Part shown: positions 1 through 16,851 of the stretch, one piece after another
How the letters are laid out: the number at the start of each line of letters is the position of its first letter
Position numbering within the stretch: position 1 is the stretch's first letter
Source: Octopus vulgaris
Lineage: Eukaryota
Direction: 5' to 3'
NCBI GenBank assembly: GCA_951406725.2
Contig: CATOCA020000007.1
Coordinates: 124,001 to 188,000 of the forward strand
DNA length: 64,000 nt
The notes under the pieces: generated by a model
Database searches by the model: none
Told to the model about the DNA's origin: nothing
The model's input: the letters and a program-made list of their open reading frames with translations, nothing else
Position numbers and translations under genes: made by a program

Positions 1-216
1 AGTTCTGAAAAAGATCGATAATTCTGACATGGGGTCGACAATCAGAAACACAAACCACAGATGGTCTAGGGGACGCAACTCGACCTTTAACTATCAAAAA
101 CAAATTTCCCATTTTTTTTCCCCCATTTTTTTTGCTATTTTTTTGCTATAACTCTCTAAAAATGCTTTATAGTTATTTCCCTTACAAACCCGAGCAACGC
201 CGGGCGATAATGCTAG
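1..216 (+). mobile_element. Non-autonomous Helitron, 3' part (runs in from the left edge of the window)
   Basis: Ends in the hairpin CCCGAGCAACGCCGGG followed by CTAG|T at 213-216. Nearly the same as the 3' half of 45727-46102. Confidence 0.75.
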
Positions 217-3765
<3,549 letters not shown>

Positions 3766-4151
3766 ATCGAGAGTTACGCAAATGCCAGAACTGGGCGCCA
3801 CTGCGTGGTGCCTAGGACTCCAAACCTGCCATCAAGATGTAGGACAAGATTCTGTGATAGCCTGGGCTTCCGAGGCCCACAGCTCTTCAATATCCTCCCG
3901 AAGAACCTGAGAGACCTGCATGGGGTGGATACAGATGTCTTTAAAATGAAGCTGGATCTCTTCCTGTCAGGTGTCCCAGATGAACCAACTTCACGGCAGG
4001 AGGGGCAGATGAGGGCAGCTGCATCGAACTCTCTCATGCACCAAATAGCAGTTGCTAGAAAGCCTCCATGAAGTGAAACCAAGTAGCAACACCAAATGGC
4101 GGTGCCCCAGCATGGCCACAGCTCATAAGCTGAAACTAGAATCAATCAATC

Positions 4152-4152
<1 letters not shown>
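3766..4152 (+). mobile_element. CR1-group LINE, 5'-truncated 3' fragment with (TCAA)n tail
   Basis: Encodes [16 protein letters not shown]...QIAVARKPP*, matching the ORF2 C-terminus of the copies at 16762 and 60045. Tail AATCAATCAATCA. TA arrays on both sides. Confidence 0.9.
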
Positions 4153-4183
<31 letters not shown>

Positions 4184-4486
4184 ATGTATATATATGTTTA
4201 TGTATATATATGTATATGTATATGTATGTATACGTATATATATATATGTATATGTATGTATATATATGTATATGTATGTATATGTATATATATGTATATG
4301 TATGTATATGTATATATATATATATGTGTATGTATATGTATATATATATATATGTAAGTATGTATATATATATATATATATGTATATGTATATATATATA
4401 TGTATGTATATGTATATATATATATATATGTATGTATGTATATATATATATATATATATGTATGTATATGTATATATATATATATG

Positions 4487-4535
<49 letters not shown>

Positions 4536-4889
4536 GTATATATATATGTATATGTATGTATATATATATATGTATGTATATATATATATATGTATGTATA
4601 TATATATATATGTATGTATATGTATATATATATATATGTATATGTATGTATATATATATATATGTATATGTATGTATATGTATGTATATATATATATGTA
4701 TATGTATGTATATATATATATATGTATATGTATGTATGTATATGTATATATATATATATATGTATGTATATATATATATATATGTATGTATGTATATATA
4801 TGTATATGTATGTATATATATGTATATGTATGTATATATATATATATGTATATGTATGTATATATATATATGTATATGTATGTATATAT

Positions 4890-4921
<32 letters not shown>

Positions 4922-5161
4922 GTATGTATATATATATGTGTGTATATATATATATATGTATGTATGTATATATATGTATATGTATATATATGTATATGTA
5001 TATATATATATATGTATATGTATGTATATGTATATATATATATATGTATATATATATGTATATATATATGTATGTATATGTATATATATATATGTATGTA
5101 TATGTATATATATATATGTATATGTATGTATATGTATATATATGTATGTATATGTATATAT

Positions 5162-5192
<31 letters not shown>

Positions 5193-5237
5193 TGTATATG
5201 TATATATATATATATGTATATATTTATATATATGTAT

Positions 5238-5269
<32 letters not shown>

Positions 5270-5318
5270 GTATATATATATGTATATGTATATATATATA
5301 TATGTATATATATATATT

Positions 5319-5403
<85 letters not shown>

Positions 5404-5405
5404 GT

Positions 5406-5454
<49 letters not shown>

Positions 5455-5490
5455 GTATATATATATGTATATGTATATATATATATATGT

Positions 5491-5522
<32 letters not shown>

Positions 5523-5625
5523 GTATATATATACATATATGTATATATATATGTATATGTATATATATATGTATATGTATATATATATATATGTATATAT
5601 ATATGTATATGTATATATATATATG

Positions 5626-5672
<47 letters not shown>

Positions 5673-5764
5673 GTATATATATATGTATATGTATATATAT
5701 ATGTATATGTATATATATATGTATATGTATATATATATGTATATGTATATATATATGTATATAT

Positions 5765-5821
<57 letters not shown>

Positions 5822-6372
5822 TGTATGTATATATATGTATATGTATGTATATGTATGTATATATATATGTATGTATATGTATGTATATATATATGTATAT
5901 GTATGTATATGTATGTATATATATATGTATATGTATGTATATGTATGTATGTATATATATGTATATGTATGTATATGTATGTATATATATATGTATGTAT
6001 ATGTATGTATATATATATATATGTATATGTATGTATATATATATATGTGTATATGTATGTATATGTATGTATATATATATATGTGTATATGTATGTATAT
6101 GTATGTATATATATATATATGTATATGTATGTATATGTATGTATGTATATGTATGTATGTATATATATATATATGTATGTATATGTATGTATGTATGTAT
6201 ATATATATATATGTATGTATATGTATGTATGTATATGTATGTATGTATATATATATATATGTATGTATATGTATGTATATATATATATATATGTATGTAT
6301 ATGTATGTATGTATATATATATATATGTATGTATATATATATATATATGTATGTATATATATATGTATGTAT

Positions 6373-6427
<55 letters not shown>

Positions 6428-6616
6428 TATATGTAAGTATATATATATGTATGTATGTATATATATATGTATGTATATATGTATGTATATATATATGTAT
6501 GTATATATATATATGTATGTATATATGTATGTATATGTATATATATATATAGATATATATATATGTATGTATATGTATATATGTATATATATATGTATGT
6601 ATATGTATATATGTAT
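4153..6616. repeat. ~2.5 kb (TA)n array with TG interruptions (G on + strand)
   Basis: Read directly. Confidence 0.97.
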
Positions 6617-7119
6617 GGCACTGTCATGCCTTTGGGTGTCAGAAGTGAAAGTAGAGAAATCTGACGTCAGACGTCAACTTCGTGTATTTACGTCGTCTTT
6701 TGTTTATTTACGCCGTTTATTTACGTACCACTGAAATGCAAGTAAAAGCTTGTATGTATGTATGTATGTATATATATATATACATGTATGTATGTATATA
6801 TATATACATACACACATATATATAATATACATGTATATATACATATATATATATATATTTAATACATACATATATATAATATATACATGTATTTTTACCG
6901 CCTTTAGTCGCACAAATCGACCCCAGAACTTATTCTATCGGTCTTTTTTCTTAACCACTATACATTATATACATACATACAGATAGATAGATAGATACAC
7001 ACACACACATATAATAGATATAAAATGTGTACGTGTGTACATTTTTCAGAAAAAAATTCATACATTTTAAATATCAATAGCATTTCTCTTATTTTTTACA
7101 TGAAGTTTTCGAAAAATGA

Positions 7120-7298
7120 ATTTAGAATGTAAAAATCAAATATATCAAATTAATAAACGCAAATTATTTAGAATGTAAAAATCAAATATATCAAATTAAT
7201 AAATGAATTTAGAATGTAAAAATCAAATATATCAAATTAATAAACGCAAATTATTTAGAATGTAAAAATCAAATATATCAAATTAATAAACGCAAATT
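7120..7298. repeat. Tandem repeat, ~46 bp x4
   Basis: ATTTAGAATGTAAAAATCAAATATATCAAATTAATAAACGCAAATT repeated, one copy shorter. Confidence 0.9.
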
Positions 7299-7397
7299 AT
7301 TTTCAAATATCATTTTCAACGGTGAGATTATCAAAATATAAACTTGAAGTTAAGTTTAAAAATAAATGCGATACTCATTCTGTCTTGATACTTATGC

Positions 7398-8300
7398 TCA
7401 AATACATGGATATAGCTGTCGAATTTGTTCTATCAACTTCCCGAATATATCATCCTTAAATTCATAGCGCCATATGAATTCGATGAGATGGGTCTGAAGT
7501 AAATTTCTGGCTGTTCCACATTCTCTCCTCTTTCGAGTCTTTACGTGTTTCCATAAACATTCTATGTGGTTGGTTGTGGCAAATGTTACCGGATCAACAA
7601 AATTTATAGAATGATTCACGGTCAAATGTCTGTATCCTAGCTGACTGAGTGTATTATACGAACGCCAAAGGTCGGATATTATTGTTGTACCAGGCAATAT
7701 ACGCTCGCGTATAATCTGTAATAGAGTGTCCGCTGTTCGATTTTCAACTGCCACTAAAATACATCTACTATCTCTTTCTAATGCACCAAACACCCATTGC
7801 GTTTTAACCCGATGGCCAACATGATATTTTCTCTTAACAAACGCAGTTTCATCTATTTCAACGATTCTATTGGGTCCTCCCAGTTTAATATTCTGTGCAA
7901 CATAATATTCTGCACATACATCGCGGTAAAAATTCCTCCAATCGGTTACCGCTACATTTGCTAAATGACATTCCTGTCCTATTCCTTTTGCTAAATCTTC
8001 TTTGGCCCAGTAAAACAAAATATCTATGATTTGTTGACACTTCAATTTGCTATTTTCTAAAAATGTTCCTTTTCTAATTGACACGGATTTTCTACAAGGT
8101 CTTCCACACGACCATATTATTTCATCAGATATGCTTTTTTTCGTTACTTCTCTCATGGTAGCTCCACACGATGTACATATTTTCTGGGTATTCAAAAGGC
8201 CATGTCTCTTAAGCCAATTAATGCTATCTGCTGTTGTAGCAGTAGAGACGGCAATATCGCGGTGACTAATTCCTCTTAAACTTGGATATGCAAAAGCCAT
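7398..8300 (-). CDS. Merlin/ISXO2-like DDE transposase, 300 aa, uninterrupted
   Basis: N-terminal Cys ribbon (CTSC...CGRPC). Motifs VEIDET, WVFGALER, IISDLWRSY, TVNHS..FVDP and TNHIECLW, typical of DDE_Tnp_IS1595-like transposases. Confidence 0.88.
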   Translation of the reverse strand: MAFAYPSLRGISHRDIAVSTATTADSINWLKRHGLLNTQKICTSCGATMREVTKKSISDEIIWSCGRPCRKSVSIRKGTFLENSKLKCQQIIDILFYWAKEDLAKGIGQECHLANVAVTDWRNFYRDVCAEYYVAQNIKLGGPNRIVEIDETAFVKRKYHVGHRVKTQWVFGALERDSRCILVAVENRTADTLLQIIRERILPGTTIISDLWRSYNTLSQLGYRHLTVNHSINFVDPVTFATTNHIECLWKHVKTRKRRECGTARNLLQTHLIEFIWRYEFKDDIFGKLIEQIRQLYPCI

Positions 8301-8439
8301 ATTAAAAATTGTTTAGCACGTGTTGATATCACACTGAAAGTTTCTAACTGAATAAATTTCAAAGTTTGAATTACGCACGTGGTGGTCAGTGGTCATTCTG
8401 ATTGGTGTATGTAATCGCGGTGATGGTCATGGGGGTTCA

Positions 8440-10060
8440 TTTGTGCAGATTTTGGTGTGATTTCTTTTTTAAAAACAATAATGAATAATGCAAGAATATA
8501 TTTATTCTTGGGTAGTAGAGGAAGAAGGCTGATGAGGAAAGGGGGTGGGAAAATCTGGGAGTGCCCTGATGGTCCTATTTTGAATGGTCAGTGGCGGCTG
8601 GCAGTCAGTTCAATTCAGGAGAATATTTCTATTGAAAGGCTTGTTTATAGAATTTGCTTAGGTGTTATACTAAAAAACATTAGTGACAAAGTTAAGGGGT
8701 AGAAGGTGGAGAAGAAGAAGGAGAAGATGACGATGATGATGATGGTGGTGATGATTATGACGACGACGATGATGATGATGATGAAGAAGAAGAGAAAGAA
8801 GAAAAAAACAGAGAAGGGAGAATATGAATGGGTTAAAGTAGTGAGGTGTTGTATGACTTGAAGTTGGCATGTTATGGATTATAGCTGTGATTAGTAATGG
8901 ACTCCTTGGAATGTAACACTTGTGTGTGAATATTTCTTTCATTCTAAAGTTGAGGTATATTAATTGTTTGTCAAGAAGTGGCCTGTATTTTGTAATAAAG
9001 AGACTTTCTTTACTTATTCGTTGTCTCGAGGTTGTATCGTCCCTAAATTGGTAGAGGGGGAAAATCCTGAAGCTTGGTGTTTTTTTGTTGGCGCAAGTAT
9101 CTATGTGTTGGCTAAAAGCTATTTTTCTGTTTTGGGGAATTTTTATCTGGGATCTGTGCAGGGCCATTCGTTTACACAAACTACTTGACACCCGGAGTAG
9201 GTTAGTGAGTATATTAGGTTTTCTGAAGCACATGTGAAGTTGCTTTTCACTGTAAACCGTTGTCCCTGTTTGAAGGAAAACTCTGATCCCTCAATTAGAT
9301 AGTCGCATATCCCGCAATTGGGTCTTCCACATTTTTTTACTGTCGGCTTCTGTGTTGAAGAGTGAATTCGGGCTTGTGTTAGGAGACTTTTCATGGATTT
9401 AGGCTGTCTCTTGCTTTTTATGATTGTGTGTGTTTGGAGGATTGTGTTCATTCTGTGGTCTTTTTTTAGGAGGGGTATTTTGTGGAGGATGGTGCCGAAG
9501 GCTTCGTTATTGAGAGGGTTGTGTGTGGAGATGTATGGTAAGGCTTTTGGTTGTAAGTTTTTCTTTGATTTGGGATGTCTCAGTTCCTTGATGTTAAGTT
9601 GAAGGGCACGTTGAATGCACTTGTCAATAAGTGAAGGTGGATAGTTCCTGGTGATAAGGGTATCTTTTAGTTCTTGTAGTCGTGTGTCTCTGGTGTTTGC
9701 GTTCGAGACTATAGTGCATATCCTTTTTGCTAGGTTGAAGGGGATATTCATCCTGGTGTGTCTGGGGTGGCATGAATTGAATGGAAGATATTGCTTAGAG
9801 TCTGTAGGCTTATAATATATGTCTGTTTCTATTATATTATTAGCTTTCTTAATGAGGATATCGAGGAAGGGGAGTTGTTGCTGGCTATATTCTATCGTGA
9901 ATTGGATGTTTACGTCCAGTCCGTTTAAAATTTCCTGGAATTCTATGAGTTTTTCTATATTTTTATGCCAAAGGATGAAACAGTCATCTAGATATCTCTT
10001 CCAGTTGTTTTCTATGTAGATGGAGAAAGGGCTGCCATATCTTTCTAGAACCTTACGATA
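8440..10060 (-). mobile_element. Penelope-like element (Neptune-like), 5'-truncated and degenerate
   Basis: [29 protein letters not shown]. Linker [16 protein letters not shown], then a deletion/frameshift in the GIY-YIG domain, whose C-terminus is in ORF 8670-9233. 3' boundary approximate. Confidence 0.85.
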
Positions 10061-10152
10061 TATGTATGGATGTATATATATATATGTATGTATATGTATA
10101 TATATATATATATGTATGTATATGTATATATATATATATATGTATGTATATG

Positions 10153-10201
<49 letters not shown>

Positions 10202-10498
10202 ATGTATATATATATATATATGTATGTATATGTATATATATATATATGTATGTATATATATGTATATATATATATATATGTATGTATATATATGTATATG
10301 TATATATATATATATGTATGTATATGTATATATATATATGTATGTATATGTATATATATATATGTATGTATATGTATATATATATATGTATGTATATGTA
10401 TATATATATATGTATATGTATGTATATATATATATATGTATATGTATGTATATATATATATATGTATGTATATGTATATATATATATATATATGTATG

Positions 10499-10533
<35 letters not shown>

Positions 10534-10612
10534 GTATGTATGTATATATATATATGTATGTATATGTATATATATATATGTATGTATATGTATATATATA
10601 TGTATGTATATG

Positions 10613-10643
<31 letters not shown>

Positions 10644-11599
10644 ATATATATGTATGTATATGTATATATATATATATATGTATGTATATGTATATATATA
10701 TATGTATGTATATGTATATATATATATATGTATGTATATGTATATATATATATGTATGTATATGTATATATATGTATATGTATGTATATGTATATATATA
10801 TGTATGTATATGTATATATATATATATGTATGTATATGTATATATATATATATGTATGTATATGTATATATATATATATGTATGTATATGTATATATATA
10901 TATGTATGTATGTATATATATATATATGTATGTATATGTATGTATATATATATATGTATGTATATGTATATATATATATATATGTATATGTATATATATA
11001 TATATGTATGTATATATATATATATGTATGTATATGTATATATATATGTATATGTATGTATATATATATATATGTATATGTATGTATATATATATATATG
11101 TATATGTATGTATATGTATATATATATATATATGTATGTATATGTATATATATATATATGTATGTATATGTATATATATATATATGTATGTATATGTATA
11201 TATGTATGTATGTATATGTATGTATATGTATATATATATATGTATGTATATGTATATATATATATATGTATGTATATGTATATATATATATATGTATGTA
11301 TATGTATATATATATATATGTATGTATATGTATATATATATATATGTATGTATATGTATATATATATATATGTATGTATATGTATATATATATATATGTA
11401 TGTATATGTATATATATATATATGTATGTATATGTATATATATATATATGTATGTATATGTATATATATATATATGTATGTATGTATATGTATATATATA
11501 TGTATGTATGTATATGTATATATATATGTATGTATGTATATGTATATATATATATGTATGTATATGTATGTATGTATATATATATATGTATGTATATAT

Positions 11600-11633
<34 letters not shown>

Positions 11634-11684
11634 GTATGTATATGTGTATATGTATATATATATATATATATGTATGTATATGTG

Positions 11685-11721
<37 letters not shown>

Positions 11722-11942
11722 GTGTATATGTATATATATATATATATATATGTATGTATATGTGTATATATATATATATATGTATGTATATGTATTTATA
11801 TATATATATGTATGTATATGTATATGTATTTATATATATATATGTATGTATATATGTATATATATATATGTATATGTATGTATATATATATGTATGTATA
11901 TGTATATGTATATATATATGTATGTATATATATATATGTATG

Positions 11943-11989
<47 letters not shown>

Positions 11990-12834
11990 GTATATATATA
12001 TGTATGTATATATATATATATATGTATGTATATGTATATGTATGTATATGTATATGTATATATATATATGTATGTATATATTTATGTATATATGTATATG
12101 TATGTATATATGTGTATGTATATATATATATGTGTATGTATATATATATATATGTATATGTATATATATATGTATATGTATATATATATGTATATATATA
12201 TGTATATATATATGTATATGTATATGTATATATATATATATGTATATGTATATATATATGTATATGTGTATGTATATATATATATGTGTGTATGTATATA
12301 TATATATATATATGTATATGTATATATATATGTATATATATATGTATATGTATATATATATGTATATGTATATATATATGTATATATATATGTATATATA
12401 TATATATATATATGTATATGTATATATATATATATGTATATGTATATATATATGTATATGTATGTATATATATATATATGTATATGTATATATATATGTA
12501 TATGTGTATGTATATATATATATGTGTATGTATATATATATATATATGTATATGTGTATATATATATGTATATGTATATGTGTATGTATATATATATATA
12601 TATGTATATGTGTATGTATATGTATATGTGTATGTATATATATATGTGTATGTATATATATATATGTGTATGTATATATATATATATGTATATGTATATA
12701 TATATGTATATATATATATATGTATATATATATGTATATATATATATATATATATATGTATATGTATATATATATGTATATGTATATATATATATGTATA
12801 TGTATATATATATGTATATGTATATATGTATATG

Positions 12835-12867
<33 letters not shown>

Positions 12868-12898
12868 GTATATGTATATGTATATGTATATATATATA

Positions 12899-12947
<49 letters not shown>

Positions 12948-12957
12948 GTATATGTAT

Positions 12958-12989
<32 letters not shown>

Positions 12990-13244
12990 GTATATGTATA
13001 TATATATATATGTATGTATATGTATGTATATATATATATATGTATGTATATATATATATGTATGTATATATATATATGTATGTATATATATATATGTATG
13101 TATATATATATATGTATGTATGTATATATATATATGTATGTATATATATATGTATGTATGTATATATATATGTATGTATATATATATATGTATATATATA
13201 TATATGTATGTATATGTATGTATATATATATATATGTATGTATG

Positions 13245-13277
<33 letters not shown>

Positions 13278-13282
13278 GTATG

Positions 13283-13329
<47 letters not shown>

Positions 13330-13570
13330 GTATATGTATATATATATGTATATGTATATATATATATGTATATATATATATATGTATATGTATATATATA
13401 TGTATATGTATATATATATGTATATATGTATATGTATATATATATATATGTATATGTATATATATATGTATATGTATATATATATGTATATGTATATATA
13501 TATATATGTATATGTATATATATATGTATATGTATATATATATGTATATGTATATATATATATGTATATG

Positions 13571-13601
<31 letters not shown>

Positions 13602-13904
13602 GTATGTATATGTATGTATATATATATATATGTATATGTATATATATATGTATATGTATATATATATGTATATGTATATATATATGTATATGTATATATA
13701 TATATGTATGTATATGTATGTATATATATATGTATGTATATATATATATATATGTATGTATATATATATGTATGTATGTATATATATATATGTATGTATA
13801 TATATATGTATGTATGTATATATATATGTATGTATATATATATATGTATGTATATATATATATGTATGTATGTATATATATATATGTATGTATATATATA
13901 TATG

Positions 13905-13957
<53 letters not shown>

Positions 13958-14491
13958 GTATGTATATGTATGTATATATATATATATGTATGTATATATA
14001 TATATGTATGTATGTATATATATATGTATGTATGTATGTATATATATATATATATGTATGTATATATATATATGTATGTATATATATATATATGTATGTA
14101 TATATATATATGTATGTATATATATATATGTATGTATATATATATATGTATGTATATGTATATGTATGTATATGTATATGTATATATATATATATATGTA
14201 TATGTATATATGTATGTATATGTATATATATGTATGTATATGTATATATATATGTATGTATATATATATGTATGTATATGTATATATATGTATGTATATG
14301 TATATATATATGTATGTATATATATATGTATGTATATGTATATATATATGTATGTATATGTATATATATATATGTATATGTATATGTATATATATGTATA
14401 TGTATATATGTATATGTATGTATATGTATATGTATATATGTATGTATATGTATATATATATATGTATGTATATATATATATGTATGTATAT

Positions 14492-14522
<31 letters not shown>

Positions 14523-14649
14523 TGTATGTATATATATATGTATGTATATGTATATATATGTATATGTATGTATGTATATATATATGTATGTATATGTATA
14601 TATATGTATATATATGTATGTATATGTATATATATGTATGTATATGTAT
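10061..14649. repeat. ~4.6 kb (TA)n array with TG interruptions (G on + strand)
   Basis: Read directly. Shows higher-order units of ~22-24 nt. Confidence 0.97.
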
Positions 14650-15911
14650 ATCGGTGCCACCTCACTCTCCCGTGAACATCTAGATTCCTTCCTCTCTTTC
14701 GTCCAATCTTTCCATCCAGCCCTCCACTTCACTTCCACTATCTCCAACACCTCTGTCTCCTTCCTCGACATTTCGGTTAGCATTCTTCACTCCACTCTTA
14801 CCACCTCCATTCACTACAAACACACAGACTCACACTCATACCTCAACTTCTCTTCCTCCCACCCAGAACACACCAAGCTTTCCATCCCCTATTCCCAATT
14901 CCTCCGTCTACGTAGGCTCTGTAGTGACGACCATGACTTTGAGACTCAGTCTCAACGTATGGCTCACCACTTCACCCTACGTGGATACCCCCTCACCACT
15001 ATCCACACCGCCCTTGCCAGAGCACGGTCCATGGACCGTGTATCTGCTCTCTCTCCCCGAACCCGCCCTGTAGTCTCCCGCCTCCCTTTTCCCCTCACTT
15101 ACCACCCCACGACCCTACGTCTCCAACGCACCATTCTTCGAGCTTTCCGTCATCTCCAGTCCGACCCGTCCACTTCACACCTCTTCCCTAACCGACCCCT
15201 CCCCTCTTTCAAACGAGCCCACAACCTTCGAGACCTTTTGGTCCATAGCTCCTTCCCTGACCCTACCTCCCAACCCGGCTCGTTCCCCTGCTCCCGCCCA
15301 CGTTGCCGCACTTGCCCTTACCTCTCCAACACCACCCGCCTCACTAGCACCCACCATCGACCCTATCCCATCATCCACTCCTTCACCTGCACCTCCAGCA
15401 ATATTATCTATTGCGTCTCTTGCTCTCTCTGCAATTCCTTGTACATCGGACAAACGGGACGCCGCTTGGCTGCCCGGTTCGCGGAACACCTTCGTGACAT
15501 CCACCTTGCGAACGACACACCGGTCTCACGCCATTTCCGCTCCACCGGTCACTCCTTGCAACACCTATCTGTGTTCGGTTTGTCCTTACACAGAGGCCAT
15601 CCGGATTCCCGTTTGCGCCGTGAACAGGAATTAATCTTCTCTCTTCGCTCTTATACGCCATTTGGTCTCAACTCTCCCCCTCCTCACCTATCCTTCCCCC
15701 CGTCCCCTACTTCTTCAGTCCTTCATCCTTTCACCCCTACTCCCCTTCCCTTCTTCCGTCTTTCTCCCTCCCTCCTTCCTTCTTCCCCTTCCCTCTGCTC
15801 CCTCATTCCCCTTCTCTCTCCCCCCTCCTCTTCTCCCCCTCCCCCTCTTCTCCCCCCCTCTTCTCCTCACTACACCACACGACTTTACACATCACATCAT
15901 ATATGATGTGC

Positions 15912-16335
15912 CATACTAATACATACACCAACTAATACATACTAATACGTGCTAATACATACTAATACATACTAATACATACACCAACCCTATACATACA
16001 CACGTCCAGACCCCTCATACGCACTTATACTCTCTCATACACACACACACACACACTTATACATACTAATACATACACCAACCCTATACATACACACGTC
16101 CAGACCCCTCATACGCACTTATACTCTCTCATACACACACACACACACACACACACACTTATACATACTAATACGTACTAATACATACTAATACATACAC
16201 CAACCCCATACATACGCCTGTCCAGACCTATCCTATGCACTAATACTCTCTCATACACACACACACCCTTATACATACTAATACATGCACCAACCCTATA
16301 TATACACACGTCCAGACCCCTCCTACGCACTAATA
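15912..16335. repeat. Minisatellite (~90-120 bp x4) in the PLE 3' region
   Basis: Repeats of CATACTAATACATACACCAACCCTATACATACACACGTCCAGACCCC with variable (CA)n. Confidence 0.85.
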
Positions 16336-16491
16336 GGTGGTCATTCAACCCTATTATCTCCCCTTATTTCGCTCTCGCGTCTCATGTTTGATCTTTGACC
16401 TCTGGCCGAAATCAGATCGCCATGTTGATTCGTTAGTTACTGCACGCATTTTTTTCTCTCCTTTTTTCTGTGTTTTTTTTCTCTCTGTGTA

Positions 16492-16529
16492 TCTTTCTGT
16501 TGAAGAGCGTAGGCTCGAAACGTTAAAGA
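16492..16529 (+). ncRNA. Minimal type I hammerhead-like motif (variant core)
   Basis: TCTTT-CTGTTGA-A-GAGC(GTAG)GCTC-GAAA-CG-TT-AAAGA. Helices I and II pair, but the core is CUGUUGA rather than CUGANGA. Confidence 0.55.
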
Positions 16530-16660
16530 CTTGTTTTATTTATATTTCCTGAGCGCCATACTAATACAATTATTTGTTTGTTTTCCACCTGCCTTCGTCT
16601 TTTGTCTATTTTCATAAAGCTTCCCGTTATATATATATGTATGTCTGTATGTGTATATAT

Positions 16661-16694
<34 letters not shown>

Positions 16695-16851
16695 GTATGT
16701 GTATATATATGTATATATATATATTTGTGTATATATATATATGTATATTTATATATATGTATTGATTGATTGATTGATTGATTCTAGTTTCAGCTTATGA
16801 GCTGTGGCCATGCTGGGGCACCGCCATTTGGTGTTGCTACTTGGTTTCACT

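Larger units (their letters stand above)
6617..8440 (-). mobile_element. Merlin (IS1016/ISXO2-like) DNA transposon; right end not resolved
   Basis: Contains the transposase ORF. Left boundary starts GG at the array edge. I found no matching right TIR, so the right boundary is approximate. Confidence 0.6.
14650..16628 (+). mobile_element. Penelope-like element (Neptune-like), 5'-truncated, with GIY-YIG endonuclease and 3' pLTR
   Basis: Open frame 14650-15906: [57 protein letters not shown]. Followed by a minisatellite and a hammerhead-like motif. Confidence 0.9.

Noticed and set aside
8529-8560. CTGATGA motif
   Set aside because: No pairing helix II/GAAA arrangement, and it is on the strand opposite to the PLE.
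8700-8820. Poly-His/Leu peptide in ORF 8670-9233
   Set aside because: Translation of (GAT)/(GAA) microsatellites in the PLE 3' region.
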